Below, in pieces: positions 12,371-24,529 of a DNA stretch of 64,000 bases. Below the pieces are notes generated by a model. That model was not told the DNA's origin. It saw nothing but the letters and a program-made list of their open reading frames with translations, and did not search any database. Numbering within the stretch: position 1 is the stretch's first letter; each line of letters begins with the position of its first letter. The position numbers and the translations under genes were made by a program. The stretch spans positions 146,264-210,263 of IMG/VR virus record IMGVR_UViG_3300038361_000164; one strand, written 5' to 3'.

Positions 12371-13108
12371 TTAATTACCTTTACCATACAGCCACAATTG
12401 TACAGTAGACAGTGTCACTATAATACAGGTAGCAAGTGTATGATTTGCAGCTAGCCATTCCACTACTATAGGGTACCACCATATAGACACTTGAATTGAC
12501 CACCAAGCAAATGTTATATTTATCACTACAAAGAATAGAAGAACGATTCGACGTACCCATTCGTTAGGAGGCGGAGATAAGTAGTATATAGCAACAGCTA
12601 TGACAGCGATCATATTTACTACCAAAAATAAATAAAATAACATATTAATCCTTTCAAATTAAGTTGTTTGTTACACCATTCTTATACCCAAATACTAGTT
12701 ATTTTCATAGGTAAAGCTGAATTGATGTTTCTTATCGCCTACCAAGTCCCAGATGTCTGTATTATCGGAGGCGGCGTTAACGTAGGCGACCATTTTTGCA
12801 TCTCTTAAGAAATAGACTTCTGTCTCTCTGACATCTAATTCATCGAAAAGGATTGTTAGTATATCTAAGGGCTGAGCATAATGAGAGAACTTCCATACAT
12901 CTATTGAGTAGGTTAGGTAGTCTACAATTATGACATAACTAGCCACATAGGTTTGAGTCGGTATAGGTAATGCGTTTGAATGTTCTAGCAAAGTAGCGGA
13001 CACATCGGTGACTACAAGCTGGTCGTAAACTAATACAGATTGTTCAGTATCAGTGGTGTAAGCAAATGAGCACAGTAAAATTAGTATACTGTATAGGTAT
13101 TTATTCAT
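12371..13108 (-). CDS. Membrane protein (12371-12643) and signal-peptide-bearing protein (12695-13108)
   Basis: Hydrophobic segments; each has its own GGTATAAGAA motif upstream. Confidence 0.6.
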
Positions 13109-13203
13109 GAGTTGAGTTTGGTTATTTAAGAGTAAGTATTGATTACATAATTCTTATACCACAAACCTGTTGATTTTCTTGGAGATTGTTCCAATATTAA
13201 GGT

Positions 13204-14580
13204 ATGTCATTTAAAGTATATAGAGCAGTTGTGGTAGATGTTGAGGAGTTACAGGATAACCCCAACATATTTAATATATTTGTACAAAAGATGTATGATT
13301 ATAATGCTACTAAAAGAAAAGCGTTACCACCATCACCTATTGGAACAAGCAGTGTTGGTAGCGGATTTTTAAGTCGTCCAGAAATTAAGCAGGAATGTAT
13401 GGTAGCTGAAGATGAGAATGAACCTATAGTTCAGATCCTAACATATACTACTACAAGATTTACAAACCCATTTGGTGGATTAACTGGTGGTGAAAAGATA
13501 GCACCAGGTGGATTTGCCATGAAGATTGGTGGAGCCAATAAATCCGTACTCTCGATGGAGCCGGGTGGAGTATTTGGATTGTTTTCAAATGCGTGGGCAC
13601 ATATGGGACTATATGGGGAAAAAGGAGAATATAACTTAGTTGCTAAAACATTAGATCAGAGAACAAAGGTTGGAACTATTCTCGAAACATATAATCCTAG
13701 TGATAATAGATCCTCCTATGTATGACATCGAACACAGTTTATCGAACGCCCAATATTGGCAGACCATAAGAATAGCAGTGAGGCGTTACCAATATTTCCA
13801 AGCGTAGATCCTTTTGTAGGCCAGACCATTATTAGATCTGGTACAATTAAGAATTTAGCCTTTCCAAATGATGAACCTTTAGAACATGTGTATGAATTGG
13901 AAACAAGGCAATCTAAAGTAAATAATACTAGGAAGGATGTGTTCACTAAATTAAAACTGGGAATACAGAATAAACACAGACCTTTCACTAATACAGAGGA
14001 ATATCCAGGTGGGACTATTTTTGAGTGGACACAGAAACGCAGTGATCAAGGAGCTCGACTTGAACGATATGGGCTACTAGGTCCGAGTCGTGTAGAGTCT
14101 GGAGAATTATATAGACATAATGTTGTACACGGATTTGATCATGTACTAAGAGAAGGGGAAGGATATGAGTATAACTTTCCAGATGAGAGAGCTACACATC
14201 AACTTATGGAGAGTTTTGGAACAATAAACGATGGATCTGTGTATAGAAAGAGAATACACGGACCAAATACTAGTGTGACGAAGGTTTTAGCTGATGATCA
14301 GTATAAAATAGATGTCAAAATAGGCGAAGCTGAGTATAATTTAAAATTTACAGAGAATGGATTGACCATATCCACAAATGGTACTGATAAATATATAAAA
14401 CTAGGCGGATCAGGGAATGAACTGGAGTTAGCTACAAAAGAATTTGTTGAAGATGTATATGATGCACATACACACGGTACCGGAGTAGGACCCAGTAGTC
14501 CTCCTTTATTAAACGCACAAGCACAAGCAATAGCAGGAGGGGCCAGTAACTATTTAACAACAGTAACTAAGTCAGACTAA
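13204..14580 (+). CDS. Baseplate central spike / gpV-gp5-like protein (one gene with TGA=Trp at 13723)
   Basis: Track ORFs 13204-13725 and 13756-14580 are in one frame joined by a single TGA; C-terminal YDAHTHGTGVGPSSPP HxH apex motif. Confidence 0.7.
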
Positions 14581-15098
14581 TGGATATTAATAATATTATA
14601 GCAGATGTGATGAATATCTTGGTAAGTCCAGACATAAACCAAGATAATATAGCAGATGTATGGTGGAATATCATAGATAACGCTATAAATGACCTAACTT
14701 TCGTGTCTCCAACCACCGAACACGCCTTTTCTCCTAATATTTTAACATATACAACAGCATTTCAAGCCTTTCCTGGTTATTTCCCAACATATAGTAATGT
14801 AGATATCGGATTGGTAGTGTTATCTCGTTTTTTCAGTGAGAAGCTATTTCCCTTAAATGCTGTAACAGTAACAGGTCTTCCAACACTATTTCACAGTACC
14901 GCAGTTGGGTTAGTCAGTATCATTAGTACCTCAGCTGTTCCTTGAGGAGTGCTTGACTTGAGTAATGAAAGCAGTTATGAAACAGCAGCAACTGTTTTGG
15001 GAAATGCCATATATACAATTATAACATCAGTAACAGTGGTTGCAACGGTCCTAGATTCGTCAGGAGCGTCATTTCTAGTTACATTGTCAGCAAATTAA
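14580..15098 (+). CDS. Putative virion/baseplate protein (TGA=Trp at 14943)
   Basis: Frame stays open past TGA to TAA at 15096-15098, just before the next promoter. Confidence 0.6.
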
Positions 15099-15100
15099 GC

Positions 15101-15129
15101 TTGACCGTTTCTAGTGAACTTGTTATATT
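15101..15129 (+). promoter_or_regulatory. Sigma70-like late promoter TTGACC-N17-TATATT (one of about 8 similar sites)
   Basis: Same geometry at 13170 (AATATT variant), 33138, 33521, 41796, 46357, 52155 and 61747. Confidence 0.75.
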
Positions 15130-15185
15130 AAACTAAAGCTAAAAATAATAGCAAACGCAGATTAAAAGCAGAATTGGAGTTTAAC

Positions 15186-17249
15186 ATGAATAAATTATTT
15201 AAAGATACACCGACAATAGAAAAACAAGGTTCCGGAATCTATATGGACAAGGACAGCACGAAATGGGTACGTCAAGTGATTACTCACTTTGTTCAAATGT
15301 TCCCACAAGCAGAATCCTTACCTATTGCCGTATCTTGGACCAAAAAAGAAGACACTAAAGGATACGCAGTAGGCTCATTAAAAGCTGGGAATGCGTCAGT
15401 GCCTCTTATTATACGAGAATGGCGATTAGCTCCTATGGACACAATGATTGTGAATGATAAGCCATTACCTCTTACAACCGAAATGCTAAGTATGTTGATG
15501 ATTAAGGCACAACCATTTAAAGGATTAGTGAATCATAATAGAACTGGTATCGAAATGATGTTTGGTGGGATGCAAATGTCTCCTACAGGATATCCAACTC
15601 AAGACACATCAGAAGGTTTTAACAGACCAGCAAAGGTAGCTTCTTTTATTGAGAATCTATCATCTATAGATAAGAGAGTGGTTAAAGATCTTTTAGAAAA
15701 AGTAGCCGCAGATCAAAGCATTACATATGGATTTGTACAGAATGAAACAACAGAGGTTCTTGATCGACTAGTGAAGAGTGCAACGAGTGTTGAATCTTCT
15801 CAAGAGGCATTTCTAAGGGATTTAGATGTAGACAGACAATTAGTAGTGCAAGATCGCGAGGGTAACCATCATGTTAAGCAGGCATGTGCTGGGTTTGATC
15901 ACACTTGGAGTAAGCAGATTCCATCTTCAGATGTAGACAAGTTTCCTACATTATCCGCCAAGCTTCCAGAGATTGTGAAAGTAGGTGATGTTAAAGAGGA
16001 AAAAGTAATAGCACACAATAGTTCACCAGAGGCGGGCAAGATAGGCTGTTGGTATACTGAAGACGGCACTACAGAGCATTTTGAGATTACCGGCGTGACA
16101 AAAGTAGCTAATGAAGACAAATATAATATATATCAAAATAATTCTAGATTCCTTTGTGTTGATGAAGACCAAAATTGGTTTGAACATGACTCAAGCGAGG
16201 TAAAGACTGCTGAAAACTTCAAAATAAACGGTGATTTCCCCAATATCGGCTCAAAAGGTGTGTTTGTACTTAGAAATCAAACTACACCTCAGTATGAATT
16301 GCGAAATATGACAAAAGAAGCTGGAAAATTCACAAAAATCTCAGCATGGACTGGAACAGGTGTCCATTATTTGCATTTAACAGATAATGATAGTGATGAG
16401 TTTATAGTTGATGGCGTGGATGTATATTTACCAAAAACAGCTAAGTTTATAGCTTTGAAGGATGAATTGAAGACTATTGCCATTGAAAAACAGGCAGAAT
16501 TGGCTGAAAATGCCCATCGAACAGATAAAATAGCCTTTTTAACTGTGAATGGATTTAAACAGACAAAATATGTAGTTGGTGGCGATAAGTTAGAGAAAAT
16601 AGCTGAAGATGTATATAGAATTCCAGAGGGAACACAGTTTCTAGAGGTTAGTCCTGAGAAAATAGCGGAAGTATTGCCTACTTACACAGACATTGCAACA
16701 CATAGAATAGATAAAGACTCATACGGCTATTATTCGCTGAATGGGCCTGAGTTCTCTAAATATGCGGCACAAGGACACAAGATAAGAGATTTAAGTCATG
16801 CAGATGCTAAATGGGCTCTTATTTCATGTGATAGTACTTTAGATGTGTTAGATAAAATAGCTGACGCTAAGTTTACAACATTAGACGTCAATAACGTTAA
16901 AGCTCCAGTACCTGTACAAGCTTACTTAGATAAGATTGCAGAGAAATATGAAAATGGATTAGAAGAGATATTTAATGTAGAAAAGACACATTTATTAAAG
17001 TGTGCAGCCTCATTGACAGATAAATCCACTGTTGATGCCATATTGTCACTAGGAGTGATTAATAAAAAGAATGCTGGCGAATTTATGGCCATGTTACCTT
17101 CATATGAGGCAGTTATGTCAGATTTGGCATCTTTGCTTATTATGTCTAGAGTAGGTATGAAGCAGGTTTCTGAATTAGCAATTAAAGAAGCAATGGAAGC
17201 CATAACAACAGTAGTATTAATGCTACAAAGATTGAATGCAACAAACTAA
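15186..17249 (+). CDS. Large virion head-associated protein rich in K-x-A motifs
   Basis: GGAG RBS before ATG 15186; more than 10 KVA/KTA/KIA/KQA/KEA motifs, as in the head proteins at 46392-52096. Confidence 0.6.
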   Translation: MNKLFKDTPTIEKQGSGIYMDKDSTKWVRQVITHFVQMFPQAESLPIAVSWTKKEDTKGYAVGSLKAGNASVPLIIREWRLAPMDTMIVNDKPLPLTTEMLSMLMIKAQPFKGLVNHNRTGIEMMFGGMQMSPTGYPTQDTSEGFNRPAKVASFIENLSSIDKRVVKDLLEKVAADQSITYGFVQNETTEVLDRLVKSATSVESSQEAFLRDLDVDRQLVVQDREGNHHVKQACAGFDHTWSKQIPSSDVDKFPTLSAKLPEIVKVGDVKEEKVIAHNSSPEAGKIGCWYTEDGTTEHFEITGVTKVANEDKYNIYQNNSRFLCVDEDQNWFEHDSSEVKTAENFKINGDFPNIGSKGVFVLRNQTTPQYELRNMTKEAGKFTKISAWTGTGVHYLHLTDNDSDEFIVDGVDVYLPKTAKFIALKDELKTIAIEKQAELAENAHRTDKIAFLTVNGFKQTKYVVGGDKLEKIAEDVYRIPEGTQFLEVSPEKIAEVLPTYTDIATHRIDKDSYGYYSLNGPEFSKYAAQGHKIRDLSHADAKWALISCDSTLDVLDKIADAKFTTLDVNNVKAPVPVQAYLDKIAEKYENGLEEIFNVEKTHLLKCAASLTDKSTVDAILSLGVINKKNAGEFMAMLPSYEAVMSDLASLLIMSRVGMKQVSELAIKEAMEAITTVVLMLQRLNATN

Positions 17250-17258
17250 GAGGGTATA

Positions 17259-17720
17259 ATGAAGATAATTAGACCACTAAGTGACAGAATTAGAGAAGCT
17301 AAAGCTAAGCAAGCTAGAAATGCTAAGCGAAAGATGAAAAAGAATATTACACCAAAGGCAGTAGAGCCTGATGAGGTAAATTCCAGTTTCATTGTAAATA
17401 AACATGATTATGAATATAACCATTCCCTTATAGCCGAGTTGGATGGTGTAACTGTAGGTCTTAGTGATAAGATATCGGCTGTAGTAGATGGAGTGTGTCG
17501 TGGCGTAGGTACTTGAATGATTTTTCCACCAACAGGTGAAAAGCTATTTCTTATCACATTATACTCCAATGATGAGTTCGGAGAGATTGATTATTCGTTT
17601 CTTTATCGTAACTCTGAAGAAGACACAATATATGAATTGGACGAAACATTACCTTTGGATAAAGCCAATATGATTGTAGGTCATCCATATAGACCGTTTC
17701 AATTAACAATTAAAGACTAG
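17259..17720 (+). CDS. Hypothetical protein (track ORFs joined through TGA at 17514)
   Basis: TGA is followed immediately in frame by the next ORF. Confidence 0.55.
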
Positions 17721-17764
17721 ATTTGAATTCGGAAGAATAACAAACAAGGGAGGATGGGATTAGA

Positions 17765-18100
17765 ATGGTAGCAAACAGAGCTGGCAAGAATAAACAAGAA
17801 TATCACTGGTGAACTCATGGGATTCAGGTGACAGCAGTAATAGTTTCGATAGTAATAGGATTAGTGGGATTTGCGAACAGTGCGTATGCGGTAAGTTATG
17901 GTGTAAAAGGAAACGCAGTAGCAATTGAGAAATTAACAGAAAGAATAGAAACGAATGCGGAAGATATCGAACAGCTGAAGGAAGAAGATAACAAGATGAA
18001 GCTTGAGACATTGAAACAATTAAATCTTATTAGACTATCTTTGACCGAAATAAAAGTTAAGATGGATATACCTATTTTACCCGAAACAGGAACAAATTAG
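17765..18100 (+). CDS. Holin-like membrane protein (TM helix plus coiled coil), TGA=Trp at 17810
   Basis: MVANRAGKNKQEYHW(W)THGIQVTAVIVSIVIGLVGF...; GGAGG upstream. Confidence 0.45.
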
Positions 18101-18252
18101 AGTCTTTAAAGTATAAGATATATGATTAAACTCACATTGGCTATGATTAAACTTCAAATATATAGAAATAACAGCTATTTAATATTATTAAACCATAGTT
18201 TGATCCTGGGTCACCGCAGTTAACAAATTTTAAACAATCAATTATTTCTTAA

Positions 18253-18588
18253 ATGATGAAAAATTCACCTCCACTTTTAATAACTAAGAAAGCAGTAGCG
18301 GAGTGTAAAGCGCTCAAAATCCAAAACAAAATCAATAAATCACTAGTTTTGAACGTAAAAGCGACCGAAAATGAGCCTGGAGTAGTAGAATTCAACATAT
18401 TCTTCGCTAAGAAAGATAAACACGATCATCGCTACACAACTCACGGCTTACCTTTCGTACTCGACATGAACACAGCGCTTCAGTTGTGCGGTAGTAAGCT
18501 AGATTACACAGAATCAGAATTCGTCTTCACACATCAAGAGTATGCTGGTCACACACCACCAAATGTTGATGAAGTGATATGGAACTAA
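18253..18588 (+). CDS. HesB/IscA-like fold protein lacking the Fe-S cysteines
   Basis: ITKKAV..., GLPFVLD...L.GSKLDY...FVF pattern; no GGC or CGC motifs. Confidence 0.5.
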   Translation: MMKNSPPLLITKKAVAECKALKIQNKINKSLVLNVKATENEPGVVEFNIFFAKKDKHDHRYTTHGLPFVLDMNTALQLCGSKLDYTESEFVFTHQEYAGHTPPNVDEVIWN

Positions 18589-18605
18589 TAACCAAATAAA
18601 AAAAA

Positions 18606-18866
18606 ATGGACACACAAATAAGCGCCATTGAGAGCATTCCAACACTAATACCAACAATACCAGAAGAAAAGATTATCATCTATCTCCAAAATAAGGAAAA
18701 TGCTGTAATAGGCGAGTTCTTTGAAGATGAGTATGGAACACTTGACTTTAACGGAAAAGTAACAGATGCTGGCGGAGAGCTAGTGGAGTTCATACTAGAA
18801 AGCTTTCAAAATCGCATTAAAGAATTAGTGGAATCCGGGATTACCCGATTAACGAAGGATCCTTAA
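18606..18866 (+). CDS. Hypothetical acidic protein
   Basis: ORF in track; last gene of the plus-strand block. Confidence 0.5.
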   Translation: MDTQISAIESIPTLIPTIPEEKIIIYLQNKENAVIGEFFEDEYGTLDFNGKVTDAGGELVEFILESFQNRIKELVESGITRLTKDP

Positions 18867-18932
18867 GGTAAAAAAAATAAATAGCAATTAAGTGCTAGTT
18901 AAGCACTATATCAGTACTCAACTAGCACTTAC

Positions 18933-19289
18933 TTACCGATTTAATCTCCAGTTCTGGAATTTCTCCCACAACCATTGTGCTCCCAATACTATAGAAGCTG
19001 CCAACATCACTGTTAGCATGAACCCAACTACCGTTGTTTCCATAATGATCTCCAATTAAGTATAGGAAGCGCTATTACAGCGCTCCCTATTAGTGACTGA
19101 GTGTTAGTCAGATGTGTTTGCTGCTTTCTTAGCCTTACGAGCTTCATTCATCTCAACACCTTTATTCCAGGTGTATGTGCCAACTCTTTTAAGACCTTTA
19201 CCAACCCAATAACCACCAGCAAGAATTCCTGCGGTTAGTAGATTGCTTCCAACTGCTTTACCATCGACTGAACCAAAAATATTCTTCAT
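18933..19289 (-). CDS. Two small single-TM proteins (18933-19043, 36 aa, not in track; 19104-19289)
   Basis: METTVVGFMLTVMLAASIVLGAQWLWEKFQNWRLNR and MKNIFGS...; GGAG RBSs; promoter motif at 19358. Confidence 0.6.
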
Positions 19290-19753
19290 GTGTATCTCCT
19301 ATTAAGGTTATGTGTATCAGTGCACGGCACGCCTTTGTGCTATACTACTGTACATCATTCTTATACCCTAAAATAGACGTAAAATAGTGGTAATGTCAGG
19401 TTAAAGCTGACCTTGGCACTATGAAAGGTACTTGTTTTAAACACGATCTTAAGTCATTGGGTCCTACTTCGACCCCCCACGGCGACCCTACCTCTCCGGC
19501 TGGTGTTTTGTATATATTATATTTTTTTTATTATTTTTTTTGAGCCCTATAGGGAACTTTTCTAGTATCGGTACGTTATAGAAGTATAGTTAAATAAATT
19601 TTATCATTATTTATTTGGTTAGTTGTTATTAAAAAAATCCTCTTATTTTTCTAGGCACTTTCACTGGTGCCTAGTTTTTTTTAACCTAAAAAAATAATTA
19701 ACCTAGAGAAAAGCGGTCGACCACCGCAATTCTCCTTTCTCACCGATTCAAAT

Positions 19754-19924
19754 CTAGTCTTCCCAAACTCCGTCCATATCGATGTCTAAAACGTTTTCAC
19801 ATTCACATCCATCTTCCGGGCAATCACATTCTTCATAATTGTCATCACAAGTAGGACAGTCACATCCTTCACATTCACAATTTTCTTCACTTTCATAACA
19901 TTCAAAACATTCCTTGTAACTCAT
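19754..19924 (-). CDS. 56-aa acidic Cys-rich (metallothionein-like) peptide
   Basis: MSYKECFECYESEENCECEGCDCPTCDDNYEECDCPEDGCECENVLDIDMDGVWED; 11 Cys; AAGGA RBS. Confidence 0.6.
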   Translation of the reverse strand: MSYKECFECYESEENCECEGCDCPTCDDNYEECDCPEDGCECENVLDIDMDGVWED

Positions 19925-19947
19925 ACTTCTTCCTTTCTTTCTTTCTT

Positions 19948-22900
19948 TTATTTTCCTAAAATCATGTCCAGTGTAGTCAGTAATATAGTATCGATGTTTG
20001 ATAATTTATCCATAGATTTTCCCACTGATAAGGGTTCTTTTCTATATCTGTATAAATATGTTTTTACAGCAGTCGGACAATCTTCTGGAAGTATATCCGC
20101 ACCGTGACAAAATACCCAATTGACATCTGAACGGCCCATTTCACCCACCTCTACAAGATGGTGTCCACTATCATTGCTAGCAGCTGCTAAATGCTCTATA
20201 GGCATATATTCATCTTCACCCCAATGTTGTGTTTTAAAATCCAATAAGAATAGCTGAAACGGCCCAGGAAATCCATATCCAGTACATTCATAATCTTTGA
20301 ATTTCGGCGGTCTTCCTATCATAAGCATTATCTCCTTTTATTTAAGAAAGCCGAGCTAGATCTCCAATAGAAACCCGTGCCCGACTCCCAAATCATCAGC
20401 TTTTATTTTATATTATATCTTTTATTTGATATGTAATAGTTGTGTTTATTGGCATTTAACAACGCATAAAAACCTCCGTAGTTAATTATTTGTTCGCGTT
20501 ATCGCAATTACTGTAGATAACTCTATACTATTCTTATACCATTTTTAACGTAAAAAAAGAGTTGGTACTAGGTGTAATACCCGCTCTTTTTTATTTTAAT
20601 ATGTCGGTTCTAACCTTTGCTTACTGCATAGGCTGGACCTCCTTCCACCGCTATAACGGATTTTAAAAAGGATTTCATCATGAAGACTAAGTCATGTTTA
20701 ATTTTTCTTTAAAACTATGTCAACTTTTTTACGTAGCCAATCCACCTGTTCGTCTATATTATCTAATCTTTCCAATAGCGAATCTTTCCATAATTTAGTC
20801 AAAGTAGAGTTGTTAGCACAGCTATCAGCAAAATGCGGCTTAACTATATCACATATATCAGCAATGTGGCCAAGACCAAAGTCTAACTCAACTGCTACTT
20901 CTTTTGAGACAGTTCCCGTATTCAATAATTCTGCTATATCTTTTTTTAGACCCATATAAGTGATTTCCAAAATAATTGTGTAGGCCTCTACTAAATTCAT
21001 TTTTTGACGTTCAGTAAGTTCAGTAAGTTTCATACTTTTTCCTTTTCTTTCATTAATTGTAAAATTTTTGTACTAATTCGTCAAGTTCACTACGAGTTAA
21101 ACTAAATGTAAGAATCACGTCCTTACAAGGTTCATAACTACTAGTGCTATTTTTCTTTAATTTCATAGTCTGTGTTAATTGAATTTGTATACTTAGGTCT
21201 CTTAGATAATATGCTTGAAGATTTCCGGAGACTATAGTATCACCAAAACCTCTAGACATTAGCCAGAATCTCAAGTCAGGATCAAAGTGCACATGGACAA
21301 CGTGAGTATGGTCAGGATTACCTGTTAAAATCTTTAACACTACTTCTTTAAAAGCTCTAGTGCTTATATCAATGTATGGACGTGTGTCCATCCTCAAGAA
21401 TTGACCATTATCTATCCAAGCGATAAAGTGTTTTATCATATGTTTCCTTTCTAATTATTTATAAATGTTTTTCATCTCTACTGTTCTTATACCATTTTTA
21501 ACTTAAAAAAAGGGATACGAATACCCCTTTTAATATCTAAAACAATAGGTTATTTTTTCTCTCAACTAACTTTATCGCTAGTCACATATTCCGGAGGCAA
21601 GCCCATAGCAAGTTCCATATCATCTTGCACTTTCTCTCCCTCTTTTATCGTTTTCTTCAATTTAATGAGTCTAGGTTCCGGCGGATATATTCCAGCATGA
21701 TCAGGATGTATTTGTGCACATCTTCTCACTTCCATAGTGACAGGATTTAGCAAAGGTTTGAAATCTACGTGTAGTGTCCCCATTCTATCCCACTGAGCTA
21801 TCTTACCTAACAACTTAGCACAACCTAAACAAAACATAATATTTTGCCCACGGTTTCTCGTTGAGTAAGTATAAATGAGAGCATCTACATCTTTTTTCAA
21901 CTTCGTGTCACAGCCTCTACAGAAGCAATCCCTTTTCGCAAGTCTTTTCGTAAACTCCCCACTCATGGGTTACCTTCCTCAACATAATTACAACCAGCCT
22001 CAACACATCTTCTTGGATGTGGTTGATCCATACTTTTACTGAAACAATGCACATGATCTTCAAGTATGCGTATAAACCCTCCGTCAAGCTCATGTGGAGG
22101 ATCTTTGATAGGTTCGTCAGCTAGAAGCGCACCAACATCTCCATTAGTAACTGCGTAACTCAGCATATCAAAGCGCGTCCGTATTTTGACTAACGCAGCT
22201 CTTAACTGCATTATATGATTGTATGCCGCATCATCTATTGTATGTTCATTTCCATTTATTTTAATCTTCTTCATTATTTCTCCTCTTGCATAATAAAATG
22301 AGTTTCCACTGCTATACTTAGATAACCCTTGTCCACTTTCACATCCATTTTGTCAACACTGTCATTTAAAGCGGCAATTATATCTTCATGGAGTTTCTTA
22401 TGCAGTTGTTCTGGATCATACTTTCCAAATCTAATGTCACACTCATTGCGTAACACTACGCTTTTTATTGTTTTCTTCATTTGATTTCCTCCATAACTTC
22501 TCCGTCTCTTAAAGCTTTAACCTTATCAATAGTCTCAATAAGATCCTGTTTCCATTTCTTATAGGCTTTCACCAAACCAATTACCGCTCCTTCCATGTCA
22601 AAGTCTCCAAACATCCAACTAGCGAGTATTACAGCCAAAGTAAATCCACCCAGTATACCACCCATTACTAAAGGAAATAATAAAACGAATAAACCATGTT
22701 TTATTCCAAATATTAAACTTACCAGTGTAAAAAGCACAGACAAAACAGCTATTAACTTTGTTACCTAAGAACTATCTACTATAGTCCATATTATTTTTAA
22801 TGTATTATTCATAACACTCCTTTTTTTACTTTTGTCTAATATCGTTTTGAATTGTTCTTTGTTCGACTTTGTTACAAATATCACAAGCTCTTTGTTGTGT

Positions 22901-23977
22901 TACCCACGTTCCAATCTCTTTATCTTCCACGTTTTCATATTTATAATTACCTTTCATAACTTCACCTTCTCCAATAATTTCCCACCGGCTCAGAGAGTGA
23001 AGTCCAACGCTACATAAAAAATTTGTTAAATCAAACATCTATCTATACTCAACAATAATTCTATCAACACTTTTAGGTATCTTCCCAACCTGAATTACTT
23101 CACGATCTTCATGATCTGTAACCATACAGTCATCCAGGGATATCTCAACCCCGTCCTTGATATAACCCAATATGCAATCCTCCGAAATATCTTCTAGATC
23201 ATCTCCTGCAACCTTACCTTTGAAAAACTCGCTGGTCTCTTTTGGGTACGATAATCCATTCTCGATACAGAACTTTACAGCTCCATAATGTTTCTTAAAC
23301 TCTTCACTGTCTTTACTAGCAAACGCTGTTACGCTAATACTACATGACATATTAATTCTCCTACGTTAGTGTTTTCATTACATTGTTATTAATTAAGTTT
23401 TTTAATTCCCAAGATCTTAACATTTTCCCTTGAGATATTCCTTGTTCATATGCTTTTTGATACATTATTTCCAAAATATTTTTTATTTTGGCATTTCTTG
23501 GAATTGTCAGTAGGGTATCTGTGACATTATACCAATAATCATCTGGGTTTGTTATAGTTTTGTATGCAACTAGCCCTAACTTAAGTAATTGCTTATCAGT
23601 CATGGTAGCACCACCAGTATTGAATTACCATCATCCTCAGCCACTAGTGGTTTTTCAAAATACTCAGGATATTCTTTTACAAATACATCAAACCCTTTTT
23701 CTTCATATCCAATTAAATCACTGGTTATTGCAATCCATTTAAGCCCTTTGATCTTGCACCACTCTGCTATTGTTTTCACTTCCGAGTCTTTTATTCCACA
23801 ATCCCCTACAATCAGCTCATCTATTAAGACCGACTCATCTACACTTTCAGTTACATACATTCCTTTGTCAGAAGCATCCTGTTCGAGAATAGGTAATAGT
23901 TTATTGTATAACTCTTCACCATCAATAATTGCTACTAGTTCAGCATGATTCATACTTTCGTAAAAAACCTTAATCAT
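19948..23977 (-). CDS. Cluster of short early hypothetical genes
   Basis: Packed co-oriented ORFs with ATGA overlaps at 21963, 22477 and 23600; promoter motifs and hairpin/T-tract terminators between units. Confidence 0.6.
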
Positions 23978-23996
23978 AATACTTTTTCCTTTTTAT

Positions 23997-24527
23997 TTAT
24001 ATTTGTTCACTCGTATTACTTTTTACCCGTCTTCGACGAGCACTAATTTCTGCAAGACTTAATCTTCTACGATTAGGATTTTTCCATTCTTCGTCCGGCT
24101 CATCACAGACACTTAAAAAAGCAACAATTTCCATCCATTCGTCTGGGACGAATCCAGCTTTATCATCCAAGTATATGTCGAAATAAGGCTTGGACTCATA
24201 ATAGCCAAAGTCCTCATATGAACGTATTTCCGGATTCTCATTTAGATAATCAAAGAAGATCTCATCTTCTTCTAATATTTTAATATATTCCATTATTTGA
24301 TCTGGATAGGAGGAGGTATGTAATATAAGCCTAATGTCGTCTCGCTGACTCAGCATTTGTAAAGCAGTGCGTGCAAAAGTATTAACAAACTTCAATTCCA
24401 ATTTATCTAAATCATAATTAGGATGACAAATCACCCCATGAATGTCAATCATCCAATAACTTTCATACCAATGATTCTTCATCTGCTTGGCATACTGTTT
24501 AGTAATTACATCAATTATTTGTCCCAT
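23997..24527 (-). CDS. HAD-superfamily phosphatase-like protein
   Basis: DIHGVI (motif I variant), LHTS, KP..DIYLDDKAG. Confidence 0.65.
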   Translation of the reverse strand: MGQIIDVITKQYAKQMKNHWYESYWMIDIHGVICHPNYDLDKLELKFVNTFARTALQMLSQRDDIRLILHTSSYPDQIMEYIKILEEDEIFFDYLNENPEIRSYEDFGYYESKPYFDIYLDDKAGFVPDEWMEIVAFLSVCDEPDEEWKNPNRRRLSLAEISARRRRVKSNTSEQI

Positions 24528-24529
24528 TA

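Noticed and set aside
15186-17249. Portal protein assignment
   Set aside because: Size is plausible but no portal motif was recognisable, and the dense K-x-A sites suggest a processed internal protein; no portal identified in the window
18140-18200. Opal suppressor tRNA suggested by a CTTCAAA loop-like sequence
   Set aside because: No anticodon stem, T arm or acceptor stem
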